Below, one piece after another: positions 1 to 12,186 of a stretch of DNA of 64,000 nucleotides. Each line of letters begins with the position of its first letter. The stretch's first letter is position 1. Where the stretch lies: IMG/VR virus record IMGVR_UViG_3300046467_003049; one strand, given 5' to 3'. The notes below the pieces were generated by a model. That model was not told where the DNA came from and did no database searches. It saw only the letters and a program-made list of their open reading frames with translations. Origin of the DNA: an uncultured virus (IMG/VR IMGVR_UViG_3300046467_003049) (taxonomy: Duplodnaviria > Heunggongvirae > Uroviricota > Caudoviricetes). Made by a program: the position numbers and the translations under genes.

Positions 1-329
1 CTACTCCTTAGTAACTTTTTCTTCATCAGACATAAAATCTGCAAACATCTCATCCCAAAGCCCCTCATCACCATTAGGTAATGTCAGTGGGTATTGCTCT
101 GGATTTTGCTTGTTTTCTTTTAGGTACCAACGTTTGAAATCATCCAGCCGTGTTACCTCATGTTCTACAAAATCATTTAACGAAAGAGCCATACTTTTTT
201 CTTGAGTGTTTTTGAATATGTACCCATGTTATCAAACTGAGATAATTTGTCAATCATTTTTAAAATTTAAATAGAAAAAAGTGCCGAACATCACATTCGA
301 CACCATTCATCGTCTTTTAAAAAGCTAAG

Positions 330-755
330 TTATCTAAAGTTCTCTTCGAATCGCTTCACTTCAGCAATATACTCATCAATACTTAAAGTATCATGGTTAC
401 ACGTGTCTGACAGCTCCAACTCAAGGCCAACTTCCCGCATGGCAAGCAAGAACGTTAACAACTGATCCGTATCGCCATAGTAGTCTCTTACAACGTCACT
501 AAATCGCACGCCACGATGACGAAACAAATCATTATCTTCTGGGTCAGACGGATTGATATTTTCGGCATCAAATGCATACAGGAAACTTCCATCACTGCTA
601 AACCCCATCGCGCAATCTTTATGTTTAAACAGGAGTTCATCGTCGTCTTTGATCATCACCGCCAATTCTTCTGCGGAAACATCTTCTATATATTTTTGTA
701 GCGGCATACCATTAATCCCATTCATCGCAAGTGAAACATGTAATACCATGCGCAC
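330..755 (-). CDS. hypothetical protein
   Basis: 141-aa ORF downstream of 712-1098 on the same strand; the true start is uncertain. Confidence 0.6.
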   Translation of the reverse strand: MRMVLHVSLAMNGINGMPLQKYIEDVSAEELAVMIKDDDELLFKHKDCAMGFSSDGSFLYAFDAENINPSDPEDNDLFRHRGVRFSDVVRDYYGDTDQLLTFLLAMREVGLELELSDTCNHDTLSIDEYIAEVKRFEENFR

Positions 756-1098
756 TCAACACTTTACACATAGCGTTCAAGCCGTCCCAGTAACCATGAG
801 ATGTTTGAGAGCCGAAATACCACGCATTGCTCGTACCGCGATAATTATTCATAATACGACGTTCGTGATTTTTTTTGATGTAAGTCCTAAAAGCTCGGCT
901 CAACACATCACTACGATATAACGAAACCCATAAAAAGGCACTGCCGTTAACTTCGTTTTTTCGTGCTTCAAAAGCAACGTCAAAAGCAGCTTGTGCTTTG
1001 AACATTACCGTTTTCAAATAAGCTTGTTTTTTGGCCGGCGTTAATGACTTAAATTCATCTTCTGATAAAGCCGGCTTTTCTTCAATAACTAGTGACAT
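712..1098 (-). CDS. hypothetical protein (start revised to MSLVIEE)
   Basis: TTGACA promoter at ~1147; ACACACAAGGGAG leader at 1109-1118 precedes the ATG at 1098. Confidence 0.7.
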   Translation of the reverse strand: MSLVIEEKPALSEDEFKSLTPAKKQAYLKTVMFKAQAAFDVAFEARKNEVNGSAFLWVSLYRSDVLSRAFRTYIKKNHERRIMNNYRGTSNAWYFGSQTSHGYWDGLNAMCKVLSAHGITCFTCDEWD

Positions 1099-1209
1099 GA
1101 TAAGTCTCCCTTGTGTGTCCAACTATAATATCAAAATAACAATTTTTGTCAATCATTTATTTGTCTATAAAGCTCTTTTCACAACAAAAAAACCATCAAA
1201 CCACCTTTG

Positions 1210-1674
1210 CTACGCAACTTCGCTCGGCGAGTAAAGCTCTCGCACCTCGGTACACAACAAGGCATTAAGAATATCACTGGAATTCTGATTAAACCTATTC
1301 GCTTCACCTAACTTAAAGCTGACACGTTGGCTTGAATCTTTGACTGAAGCAATAACATGCTCAAGCAAACTATGTGCATTGCAGACATCAATAGCGTAGC
1401 TACCCCAGCAACCACCGGACAGCTCACCCGAACCATCAAGCTCTATGAAGTGCGCAATAATTTCGAATCCAGCAACACCAGGCTTAGGCAACATTAATTG
1501 CACTTGAGCTACCTCGTAAGTCACTTCGCTATCACCAGCAACATCAATAATATCGTAATAAAACTGTCCAATTTCAACTAACGCACCATCGTTGTGCTCT
1601 ACTGCCGATACTGACAAATAAGGTTTATACTGCTTTAACTCTTCAATTAATTTCTGCACCATTTCGTAAATCAT
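1210..1674 (-). CDS. hypothetical protein
   Basis: 154-aa ORF in a run of co-oriented genes downstream of the promoter at ~2375. Confidence 0.6.
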   Translation of the reverse strand: MIYEMVQKLIEELKQYKPYLSVSAVEHNDGALVEIGQFYYDIIDVAGDSEVTYEVAQVQLMLPKPGVAGFEIIAHFIELDGSGELSGGCWGSYAIDVCNAHSLLEHVIASVKDSSQRVSFKLGEANRFNQNSSDILNALLCTEVRELYSPSEVA

Positions 1675-2390
1675 ATATCACCAATTTTTATCAAAATAAA
1701 TGTTACTGTCGCGCTTGAAACTAGATCGTTTAACCGCACTCAACCAAGATATTCATCATGTTAATCCCATCGCCGGTGAGGGTTAACTTGTCTCGATGGT
1801 TAAACCAAGTCGTGTTAGGTTTGTCACTTCGATCCTTTCCTTTTAACGCGCTTTCCATAATGGTCAGCGCCTGCTCCCGTGTAATGCTTTTATTTACCTT
1901 GCATGGCTTGGAGCGATCACAATTATCAATTAAATCCTGCAACTGTCCGTAAGTCATTTCACCTGCGTAAGCCATCTTTTTTGCTTTAGATTTGTTCACT
2001 ACTTCTCTCCGTTACGTCAGCACTTAAGCTACTGAGGATTTAACGCGACATACCCTGCTTTTCCGCACACTGTATCGCTAGTTTTAGAACATACCCAATC
2101 CATCCACTCCCACTGGTTAGAGCTTATATCGCCATAAAGATGCGACCAACCACCCCTTAAATTAAGAGTATGAAAGTGCTTGTTTTCATCTAAACACTCA
2201 CGGCAAACAAAATAATCTATATGTAAAGCGTTAGCGCTTGATTCTGTGTATATTGCACCTAGATTTTCACTATTCTTAACAAAATCCGCTTTACATTCTT
2301 TACATTTAGGCATTGCCATTCCTTAAAAGCTTACAATATTTCATGTAACTGCATTATAGCGTAAACACGCCGTTTGTCAATCATTTATTT

Positions 2391-3287
2391 TTAATTAGCT
2401 ATCTCGAAATGCATCTGTTCGAGAGAAATAAGATCGGATTTATCAGGCCGATGAACATCCACTGTAAAACCATGCAGATACTCGTTATGCTCAAAAATAA
2501 CTTCCACTTCTTTTTTACCGGCAATAATTGCCTCTACATACCTGTGGTGACCCTCAATAAACACAGTATCACCATCAACATCAACCACACACTGAATAGG
2601 GGTTGTTGTTCTACTGACAGCTCCATTATCAACATCTCTTTTAACTGACAGAAATGTCCCACGATCAATTAAAATATCACCTATAGGAACAATGGACGTA
2701 AATGGGTAAACGGGCGTTGATGTATTCAGGAGAGGATAATCTTCGTCAATCCATTTGTTTCCATCAAGCTCATATGAGGTGAAAAAATGCTGATCTGACT
2801 CCTCGATCAACTTTAAAAGACCTAATGCATCTTCTGAAACACCATCTTTATTTAAATCAACAAAACTTGCATTGAAAGCTTCACTTGATGGTATGCGATA
2901 CGCATGTGTATAAGGCTTACTCTCATCTTCTTCTAACCCCTCAACCACTTCCACGTTCAAGTGCGCTGGCAGTAACTTTGTATGCAGTGGGTTAAGAGTG
3001 TTATAAAATTTTTCCCATATAGTAAGTGCCGCACCTCTTGTTAAGCCACTCCGGCTCGATGCAATGCTTTTACTTATGTTAAACGCATACTTCGCCATTG
3101 ATTGGTAAAGCAAAGTCCCAAAGGTTGGCCTGGCGACAGCAGATAAAACTTCCAAAACATCTTCACCGTCAATTTCTCGCATCTCAGCGCGACCAATAAA
3201 TTGATTGTCATTTGTAGCAACAATTAAAATAGTAACATTTTCAAACTTTACTACACCTATCTTTAAAATATTCAGAGGGAATGTCAT
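2391..3287 (-). CDS. hypothetical protein with C-terminal ParB/Srx-like motif
   Basis: FIEGHHRYVEAIIAGKKEVEV resembles the ParB/sulfiredoxin GHHR motif; has its own promoter (~3350) and AAGGA RBS. Confidence 0.55.
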   Translation of the reverse strand: MTFPLNILKIGVVKFENVTILIVATNDNQFIGRAEMREIDGEDVLEVLSAVARPTFGTLLYQSMAKYAFNISKSIASSRSGLTRGAALTIWEKFYNTLNPLHTKLLPAHLNVEVVEGLEEDESKPYTHAYRIPSSEAFNASFVDLNKDGVSEDALGLLKLIEESDQHFFTSYELDGNKWIDEDYPLLNTSTPVYPFTSIVPIGDILIDRGTFLSVKRDVDNGAVSRTTTPIQCVVDVDGDTVFIEGHHRYVEAIIAGKKEVEVIFEHNEYLHGFTVDVHRPDKSDLISLEQMHFEIAN

Positions 3288-3486
3288 GCATATTCCTTTT
3301 TATAATTGTGTTTGTGTGTGTGATTACATTCTAACGGAAAGTGGCTTTTTGTCAATCATTTTTATTTAAATTACGGAGGTTTTCACATAAATTCACCTAA
3401 TTGTCATTCGCAAATTTTGGGCAAAAAAAAAGCCCAGCAAAAACTGAACTTGTTTAATTTAGAAAGAGCTGGTTTTGACGTTTAGA

Positions 3487-4362
3487 CTAAAAAACCTCAT
3501 GATCATTAAAGCGTCTGGAAATGTCACATTCTGCCATTGACTCGCGAAATCTCACCAATGATGCCGGCAAATCATACTCAGGCTCTTTGTCGCCATACCC
3601 TCGATGTTTTTTATGTATCAGCCCATCACGCTCGTAGAACGGCTCAAAACTCACTTTTAACACTTGCTTTAAAAACTGATGCTTAATCCACCCTACAAGT
3701 AATTGTCTGTCAACATTAAACTCAGGAGAAACAATACTTTTGCCATCTGCATCAATGAAAGGTATGAGCACATCTTGTTCGTCAATATTAGACACGGCGT
3801 AGTCAAACCCATCATTATTATATTTTCTCTTTACGAAACGTCTTAAATCAATCGCTTCAACCAACCAATCACAAGATGCATCGCCCTTGACTACTATCCG
3901 ACGTTCAACACGAAGTATAATCGTATCACCAACGATATGATGCTCTTTGCTAGCCAGACCCGCATCGTCAAGATACAAAGGTTTACTTGAATCAAAATCT
4001 AACAAGAACCCATCTGAGTTCCCTTTGCCAACATCATAAAAATAATCATCCAAATACAGCTCAAACTCAGCCACATCGTCAATACCCATATCTTCCATCA
4101 TCGATTTAACACTATCGACTTTCGTATGCACACAAATGAAATAAGGCTCTACCATCATCAATTGAACCATATGGCCATCAAAATTAACGGTGTGATAATT
4201 TACCGCGCACTCAAGAAAAGGTTTAATTGTGGAAAGTGCATTCATGTACTTTAAGTTTATTTTTGGATCTGACAAATTTTTATAATAAATCATGACTTTG
4301 GCTCGTTTTTTTGTGGCGTTTCTTTGATGTAACCATGATAACACAGTCATACCTTTTGTCAA
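3487..4362 (-). CDS. hypothetical protein
   Basis: Long ORF; the real start is probably the internal MIYYKNL because the promoter -35 lies at ~4357. Confidence 0.6.
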   Translation of the reverse strand: MTKGMTVLSWLHQRNATKKRAKVMIYYKNLSDPKINLKYMNALSTIKPFLECAVNYHTVNFDGHMVQLMMVEPYFICVHTKVDSVKSMMEDMGIDDVAEFELYLDDYFYDVGKGNSDGFLLDFDSSKPLYLDDAGLASKEHHIVGDTIILRVERRIVVKGDASCDWLVEAIDLRRFVKRKYNNDGFDYAVSNIDEQDVLIPFIDADGKSIVSPEFNVDRQLLVGWIKHQFLKQVLKVSFEPFYERDGLIHKKHRGYGDKEPEYDLPASLVRFRESMAECDISRRFNDHEVF

Positions 4363-4919
4363 TCATTTTTGCTTTTTTATCTCACTTTTCCCCATCGCAA
4401 TTGATGCTTTCCAAGATAAAGTGCATAAGCTAACAAACCATCATGAGAAACCACTTTTTCGAACGAAAATATCCTATGATGCCTATTGCCATGAATGGTG
4501 TTACTCCAACATTTTTCGTTTGGATCATCAGCAACGACATGCTGCACAATATAAGGGGATTTCTCTAAAAAACGCCCACCTTTTAAATAATCTATAAAAC
4601 CACTTACCACCCCGACCAAAAAAGAGGCGCAGGCAAAAAGAAAAGATATTACCATTAAATAACTCACGTTAAACTCAATCAGTTTATTGTTAAAGCCCAT
4701 AATGTTTGCTGCTACGCTCAACAACGCATACAAGGGATAGCAGTAAAATGGAAATGGCACTAATATCAAAAACGCCTTAAAATAAACCGTCATAAACTCA
4801 CCTGATTTGATTATCTAACTTAAGTTAATTATACCCGAAAACATCGAGTTTTGTCAATCATTTTTATTTAACGAAAAAATGAAAAGTTGCACAACAAATG
4901 CTGTGCAACTCACTATTGA

Positions 4920-5837
4920 TTATTGTGGTTTATCGCTAAATAAAGTACGAGTATGCAAGCGTTGAATATTGTATCCACCGGCAAAAACCGCCTTGAAACC
5001 AAAATGCCCCACGTTCACACCATTTTTCAACAATGTAAAATCACACTCAACACCATCTAAACCTGATTGAACACGATCTGCGGTAGCCGAGTCAATATCA
5101 TAAGCACCTAAACGCTGTGTGCTTGCATATCGGATCTTAAGGAATTCACCTAAACGCTCTTGCTCAAGAACTTTTTCAATCTCAGGTAAAGGGCTTAAAA
5201 GCAATTCAAATACACCTTTACCAAATTTGTTTCTAATTTCACTTCTACGGGCGTAACGCGCTTTGTTGTTTTCAATTGAATCCAACTCATTTAAAATTTC
5301 TTCACGAGTTTTTAAAACATATTCAGTTCGGCTTTTGTGACGCTCATTGATTGGCGCTGTTACCGACTTAATGATAGCTTCAACCGTATCTTGTGACGCT
5401 TTAGGTAAAGACTTCCAACGTGCTTCATGCGCTTCACGTTCCGTTTCAGTACGTGTTTTTCTTGGTGTAGGCTCAATAAGCTTAACAACTTGACCTTGAC
5501 GTACATACTCAGCTGCATTTTTAAGCTCAGTTAAAAAGAGACCGAAAATTTCGTTTTGCTCAACAGCCTTTTCATATTTCTTAATAGCACTTTCATACTG
5601 ATGCATCATCACTGGATTAGGCAAACTCCACTTCATTTTGAAATACGCATCCTTAACGCATTCTGGCTGATCGAACATCTCAGCTTGTGCCAATGCATTA
5701 GCTTTACTGTAAAAGCTCTCTATAATGCGATTAACAAGCGAAATGAAGTCTTTCTTTTGTGACTTGGTGCGAAGACCATTTTCACTAATGTCTTCAAGCA
5801 TTTCTTCATATTTAGTTAAAAGTTTATCTGTGTTCAT
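4920..5837 (-). CDS. hypothetical protein
   Basis: 305-aa ORF with promoter at ~5896 and ACACACACAGG leader. Confidence 0.75.
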   Translation of the reverse strand: MNTDKLLTKYEEMLEDISENGLRTKSQKKDFISLVNRIIESFYSKANALAQAEMFDQPECVKDAYFKMKWSLPNPVMMHQYESAIKKYEKAVEQNEIFGLFLTELKNAAEYVRQGQVVKLIEPTPRKTRTETEREAHEARWKSLPKASQDTVEAIIKSVTAPINERHKSRTEYVLKTREEILNELDSIENNKARYARRSEIRNKFGKGVFELLLSPLPEIEKVLEQERLGEFLKIRYASTQRLGAYDIDSATADRVQSGLDGVECDFTLLKNGVNVGHFGFKAVFAGGYNIQRLHTRTLFSDKPQ

Positions 5838-5984
5838 AATTTCGCTGCCTGTGTGTGTTAACTCAATAAAACCATTGTATCAGATTGAAATGTTTTGTCA
5901 ATCATTTATTTTCACAAACACGTATAGAGGCAATTAAGCCCCTACAAAATATAAACCACTATATCAGCGCACTAACACGCCACT

Positions 5985-6209
5985 TTATTCAGGTGAAGTG
6001 ATCTCTACAATATTCTTCTTATACATCGCCTGGAGATAAGTGAAAGAATAGCCACCATTACCATTGCCACTAGTATTCATAATACCGCCTTGAGGGAAAT
6101 ACCCTTGGGCTTCAAGCTCAGCCACTGATAATTCTAAATCAGCTACGCTAGCGCCCTTTGCTACCTTGTAACTCATAAAACCACCTACATTAGTTGTTAA
6201 TACATACAT
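5985..6209 (-). CDS. DUF1737-like small protein
   Basis: YKV...LELSVAELEAQGYFPQGG...YLQAMYK pattern. Confidence 0.55.
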   Translation of the reverse strand: MYVLTTNVGGFMSYKVAKGASVADLELSVAELEAQGYFPQGGIMNTSGNGNGGYSFTYLQAMYKKNIVEITSPE

Positions 6210-6332
6210 GGTACTAAAAGCGGTCTAATTTGTCAATCATTTAATTTTGTGTATTTAGGCATAAATGATTGACAAGACATTTCATTGTGATAATATATAT
6301 ACATATTAAAAACACACACAACGGAGAACATC

Positions 6333-6926
6333 ATGGGACTTTTTAGCTACAAAACGTGCGACACAAAACAGTCAATACCAGCCCTATATTCAAATCATGA
6401 AGACCGTGGGCGAAACGTCTACTTCCTTATGCCAAATGGCCAACCTAGCATCGTAGAAAACGCCTATGAGGGTTACGGGGTTTTTGGTGGTGTAGATGTA
6501 TTTGAATGGCTCGCAAACGCAAATATGGATATCCCTGAAGATGCAGATCCCGAAGAAGTTCGACTATTAGGTATAAAGCTAAACTCAGGCTCATTCAAAA
6601 TGTGGAAATTTGGTGACACTATTGCGTTTTACGGCACCGACTTTATTACAGAAACATTAACACCATTCCTTAAAGAAAAATACGGCAATATCACTGTAGT
6701 AAACCCCGATACGTATGCTGATCCTATCGAAGCATTCAACGGGCTTACCCTTAATGATATTGGAGATGGCAACAACACAATAGGCGCAACAAAAATCCTA
6801 CTGTCTGATGTTATCGAGATAAAACATCACATCAAGCTTTCTTTCAATCCAGACGCGGTTTACGAGCAAAACGGCAAAAGCGAAGACTGCGAGTATCAAG
6901 GCTTCCTCTATCCTGAATGCGGGTAA
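6333..6926 (+). CDS. phage-type hypothetical protein
   Basis: 197-aa ORF; divergent promoter TTGACA at 6269; ACACACACAACGGAG leader. Confidence 0.75.
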   Translation: MGLFSYKTCDTKQSIPALYSNHEDRGRNVYFLMPNGQPSIVENAYEGYGVFGGVDVFEWLANANMDIPEDADPEEVRLLGIKLNSGSFKMWKFGDTIAFYGTDFITETLTPFLKEKYGNITVVNPDTYADPIEAFNGLTLNDIGDGNNTIGATKILLSDVIEIKHHIKLSFNPDAVYEQNGKSEDCEYQGFLYPECG

Positions 6927-9170
6927 CTAACCAACAAAAGCCCTATGTGACTCAAAATCATTTAGGGCTAAAATTAAAAAAAATACATAAGTTAATTATA
7001 AAAATGATTGACAAAACCTCTTGGTGTGGTATCATAAATATACTGAAAACACACACTAGGAAGAATTAAGATGCCAACAGCAAAATGCGTAAAATCGGGT
7101 GATACTTTTAAAGTAGTTGGATTTGCCATGCTACCAAACTTCGCAGAACATTTCCTTATAACTAAGCCTGACAGCAACGATATTTGCGAGTGCTACGTGA
7201 TGGCACAATTCAGCGAATTCGGTACGGTTTACTCAAAAGATATCGAAAAACACACAAAAATTGATTGGGATGTTTCATCAGATCAAGATAGCGAACATTT
7301 CGTACTACCTCCTGAGGGATATGTTTGGGTTTAACCCCTTAACGCAAATAGCGCCTCAAGGGGCGCTATTACTTAAAAACTCAATGCCCTACGACCATAC
7401 CCTCTGGAACAGCCTCATAAAACGCCACAAACGCACCTGGGTAGCTATAACCAACCAAAGATAAGTTACTTTGACCATAGGCACCACTTTTTTCCGTATA
7501 GCGAATAAGCACGTTATCACGCTCTGGTGGGATATATTCGATCACACAAGGAAAACACGTACCATTGTTATTTGGGTGTTCTATAAAAACAGGCGCACCA
7601 ATCGCCGGCAAGTTTTTCTTAAAATCAACCAGCTGCCTTTTGTACTCTATTTCTCTTAAGCGGTTATCCTCTTTTCGCCAAGCACACTCAATACGCTTTC
7701 GAAACTGCTCAAAGAAATCAGCGTCTTCATCAGTCGTACAATAGAATGCATCAGTAGGATCGTTCTCATCGTCAGCATAACTCTTGTTAGCAGTTCTTAA
7801 TGCTAATCCAAATGCATCAGGGTCAATATCTTTTAATTCGCCATTGTATGGCTTTGCTCGGACGTATTTAGTCAAAGTTTTTACCCTTTTTGATAAATCG
7901 ATAAACCAAGTAACACGAGCCGCATAAAACAATCAAAGGCAACATGCTAATCAACGCCTTTAACCCATTCCAAACTAAACCAATTACCATCAGTGCTACA
8001 ACTAAAACCAAAATATAAACTTTCACAATACCACCAAAAAAAACACCACTTCTCAGGGGTGAATTTGAATTATTCGCTAAACGTATTTAGCTTACCAATC
8101 GATAAGCTAAACATAACATAATTACCGATTTGCTCAGCTAGGCACCGCATAGCTTTTTAGCAGTCACAATCCAGTTATCAGACATATTATAACTAAACCC
8201 TGACAACCTATGTGAATAAAGCTGTTTAGATAAGTATTGCTTACCTTGCTTACAAGACTTACTAATACGTGACATCCAATTACCATGCATATCGTAAATA
8301 GTTGTTTCAGTTTGCGCTACAGATGGATCAGACGGTACAGCTACATCAGTACCATAAGCAAACGTCGATAACTCTGCCATGATTTCATCTGCCGTAACAA
8401 TAACCCTTTCCATTTGCACTGAATTAGGCATTTGGTACGCTTGTGCGGCAACTACCTCACCACGTATTGTTGAAATATTATAGGCAATGCGCTCACCTAA
8501 ACTTTGCGTACTTTTAACAATAGCTACCGTACCAAGTGCGCCAACAAGTAATAAAACTAACATTACATATTTCATAAAAACCTCTTTTGTGTGTTCTTGA
8601 TTAACTGTAATAATTATATTTCATTATGATAAGTTTGTCAATCTATTTTTCTTTTATTTGTGATGCTTTGGATCATTTTTTCGACTTCTTCAAGCATGTT
8701 TACAGCAGGCACCATCATTGCATCTAATTCTGAATGCGTAACAACATCATTTTCAATAGCGCTGGCGGCTTCAGTGAAATGTTTTCTATAAATATCAAAG
8801 GCACCTAAATGAAACTTGGCTACACGAATAACTGAGTCTCTTCCGACAGCTCGTTTAGGAGATAAAGGGGTGTTAGATCGAACCTTAACGTCACCTTTAG
8901 TGCTATGGTGGTCTATATCACCATGTTGAGACGCCAACACTGCAAGTGCGTTGCATAGCTCCATCGCGGTTGCACCCACGCCATTGTTTATTATCGCTTG
9001 TTCAATCGCTTTATTTAGATTATCGGTCATCATAATGCCCTCATTTTAATATAAACAAAGTATACCAATAAATAAACTTTTGTCAATCATTTAATTTTAT
9101 CATTTTGCATTTATTGCTTGCATTTTTCTCTATTTGTTCTACTATATTAATACACACAAGAGAGGTATTT

Positions 9171-9704
9171 ATGGAACAGCAACTATCAATGTTTGATGCG
9201 CAACCACAAAAAGCAACCATCAAACAAAAAGAATTCACCGGCATAAACAGTACTGTTGAAAACGGGCTTATGTACTCTGTTATTAAAAACAAAGGTCAAG
9301 AGCTTCACAGACACATTGAAGTGGGTCAAAAGGTTGATGTATACCGTAACCTTAATAAACCAGCTTACTTCTCTGCAAAGGCTAAAACGGGCGAATTCAA
9401 AAACCTTGTTGCTGGATACGCTAAATGCTACATACTAAAAGATGTAAGCTTCTTTGTTGGCACTGGTAGACTTCGAGTGTTAGATAAAGGCGTTAAAAAC
9501 GTACACGCTTATGTACGTGGTGAGTTTTTCGATGCGTTTGATGGCCATATCACAGACTTAAGCGGTATGCGTGCTGTTACCTACAACCCTCATGACAAAA
9601 CCAAGCCTTTTTTCTACTTCAAGGATACAGGGCAGCTTGTTGAAGGTATGACTTTTAAACACGTTATCGTGCAAGGCTCAAACGTTTGGGTTGAAGCCGA
9701 CTAA
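9171..9704 (+). CDS. phage-type hypothetical protein (start revised to MEQQL)
   Basis: ACACACAAGAGAGG leader before the ATG at 9171; VYRNL...KNVHAYVRG motif. Confidence 0.7.
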   Translation: MEQQLSMFDAQPQKATIKQKEFTGINSTVENGLMYSVIKNKGQELHRHIEVGQKVDVYRNLNKPAYFSAKAKTGEFKNLVAGYAKCYILKDVSFFVGTGRLRVLDKGVKNVHAYVRGEFFDAFDGHITDLSGMRAVTYNPHDKTKPFFYFKDTGQLVEGMTFKHVIVQGSNVWVEAD

Positions 9705-9728
9705 AGCGACACATCAAATTTAAAACAT

Positions 9729-9760
9729 AAAAAAAGCGCTGATGCTATCGGCGCTTTTTT
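9729..9760. terminator. bidirectional intrinsic terminator
   Basis: AAAAAAGCGCTGAT-GCT-ATCGGCGCTTTTTT hairpin between convergent genes. Confidence 0.75.
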
Positions 9761-9798
9761 GATTGCTAATTAAAGTACTATCCACTTAACACAATCTG

Positions 9799-10558
9799 TT
9801 AATCAAACTGTATGGTCTGTTGCGCTAAATTGCTTGGCTTAGTTTTGTGCTTGGCACGAATTTTATCTTTGATTGGCTCTATTCTTTCCAACTCAATTTC
9901 AGAATTTTCAAACAGATCCAAGCCAGCTTCATCACAGAAGCACGCTAAAGAAATAAGGCACTGACCAACCAAGCCTGAAGCATCTAAACCAAAGTAATCC
10001 GATGATAGATCGCTATACACCTTATCCACTAAACCTTTAACAGTATCTTTAGTCATACCGCTGGCTTGCACAAGCTCAAAACTTTCTTCTAAAAAGCGAT
10101 GGTTGCGCTCTGGGGCAGAAGACGAAACGGCGACACCAAAAGTTTGGAATAACCACGTATACACTCTGTTTTGAAAGCTCTGCATGTCACTTAGCGTATC
10201 AACTTCACCACATTCCGCTTCAGGGTATGCTATTTTTAATTGTTGCCAACCGCTTGCCATCATGTCAATTGTAGACTGACCACACAAGCAAGCTAACGTG
10301 ATAACAGCGCCGCCCACTTCTTGATGCACTTCACCTTTAGGGCGATCAAACACGTAATCAACCATCTCTGTCACATTTTCAACGGGACAACGTCGATACC
10401 GCGCTAACAACAACGCCATAGATAGGTAAACCGTCGCGTTTTTCAACGTATACATTTTTTTCTATGGGTTTAATTACTTTATTCGCCCAGGCGATTGACT
10501 GGCACTGGAAATTATTATCTACATTCGTGTCGCCTTGCACACTATTTATTGCTGGCAT
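9799..10558 (-). pseudogene. tandem two-domain MazG-like (NTP pyrophosphohydrolase fold) gene A, +1 frameshift at an A7 run
   Basis: FQ..W...ERNHRFLEESFELVQ and EVGG..TLACLC motifs; removing one base from T7 at 10455-10461 joins the two ORFs; AGAGGTGG RBS. Confidence 0.6.
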
Positions 10559-11005
10559 AAGCGCCACCTCTTAAAATCATTGATTATTAGGGAATTATTC
10601 AACCGGCAGCTGTTTTGTTACCACACTGACCGAGCACATTACCATTTCTGGCGCTTCTCGCGTTACAACGCTTTTCTCAGTTACCGGTTTAATAATTGGT
10701 TATAATGGCTTCCCACCAGCGATCGTTTACCTATTGAAAAGGCACTTTAAAGACCTGCCAACAAACTTCCTGCCTTTGGAAATAACACTTTTAAAATGCC
10801 ACCTACAAAAACACCTCTGAATGAGCTATTACCTAACCACATTCGAAGAAAAAAATAACATAAACGGAAATGTCATCATCGAAATCATAAAAAAATTCAA
10901 AGAATCAATCTTAGTGAATAAGGTAACATATTTACCCTTGAAAGTCCACAGTTAAACCAAAGTAAAGCGCCTTGCAACCAGCGCCTTACCTTGGTTTAGA
11001 TTAAA

Positions 11006-11756
11006 TCAGTTGATTGCTGATTGTAAGGAAAGTGCACGAGGCTTTTTGATATATTCTTTACGAATATCACCGATTGCAGCCCAAATCCTTTCTAACTCTA
11101 ATTCGCCATTTTTATGCATGTTCAGATCAAGTACATCACATAAACAAGCTAAATAAACCATCACGCCACCGACAAGCGATTCCTTGCTAGTGCCTCCACC
11201 GAATCGATACACGCTTTCTATCACAGTTTCCACATCAGCCGCACTAAAACCAACCGCCCGTACAAGCCTAAGTGAATTTTCTATTAAACGATGATTACGC
11301 TCATCTCTGTCATATGCAATCACTTGGCCAAAACACACTTTGAACCAGGGTGCTACACGTGACTGAAATGAGTCTTTTTTTGTTTTTATTGGTGCCGTGA
11401 AGGAACTCGCCATCATCCCTAAGCTTAGACAGCTCAACCTCACCATTATCATGCATGCTAATATCTGAAGCATTGCACAAGCAGGCTAACGTCACCATCA
11501 CCCCTCCTATACAATCATTCACTTTATCCGCCGGTTGACTATAAACATAATCAATCATGGCCGAAATATCTTCTCTAGTACAAGAGTGGGCTTTCACCAA
11601 CCGCAACGCACTTTCCAGAAAACATGAGTTAAGATCATTCATACTTGCAATCGACTTATCCCCAAAATACCACGCCGACCAATCTTTGGTGCGACACTGA
11701 AAAGTGCTCAGGGGGTTAGAAGGTGTAATATAGCTAATTTTATTAATATCTGACAT
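11006..11756 (-). pseudogene. tandem two-domain MazG-like gene B, paralog of A, +1 frameshift at an A7 run
   Basis: Two FQ.R..W...FLE/LIE..L.LV...GGVMV.LACLC domains lie in different frames and join at T7 11375-11381. Confidence 0.6.
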
Positions 11757-12186
11757 AGCACCACCTCTTGTAGCTTATGAAATTATTAAGTTATTAAATT
11801 GTGTGATTTGGTTTTAATGGCTTCCCACCAGCGATCATTATATACACATAAAGGCGCTTAAAGACCTGCAAACAAACTCCCTGCCTTTGCACATAACACT
11901 CAAAAAGTATTATCGACAAAAGCACAACAGCTCTTAAACTAAACATCATATTCATAAGCACCACCTATAAAACTTAACTCAATTCATGTTAAACTAACTG
12001 TTTTGGTGAACATACTAACTCGGGCACAACCAATTTAATCAAAAGGCAACTTTTTCGTCAACAATTACGCAGAATATTATTAGGCTTTCTCTTTATCTGA
12101 AATGGAGTTTTTTATAACTAGGGATTATAGGGAAAATTTTTAGACGGGGATAAAGTGCGCCCTAGCTTAACACTAGGGCTACTGCA

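Noticed and set aside
8615..8645. Fur boxes in promoter spacers (TGATAA-rich)
   Set aside because: The symmetry is ATCA-N3-TGAT rather than the Fur TGATAAT-N-ATTATCA arrangement.
10484..10510. CGCCTGGGC resembling the 3' end of a ZTP riboswitch
   Set aside because: It lies inside the coding region (SIAWA), and the 5' aptamer domain is absent.
11794..11955. 53-aa leader peptide as the reason for the duplicated upstream element
   Set aside because: The frame is broken by an indel and stops in the second copy, so coding is not what is conserved.
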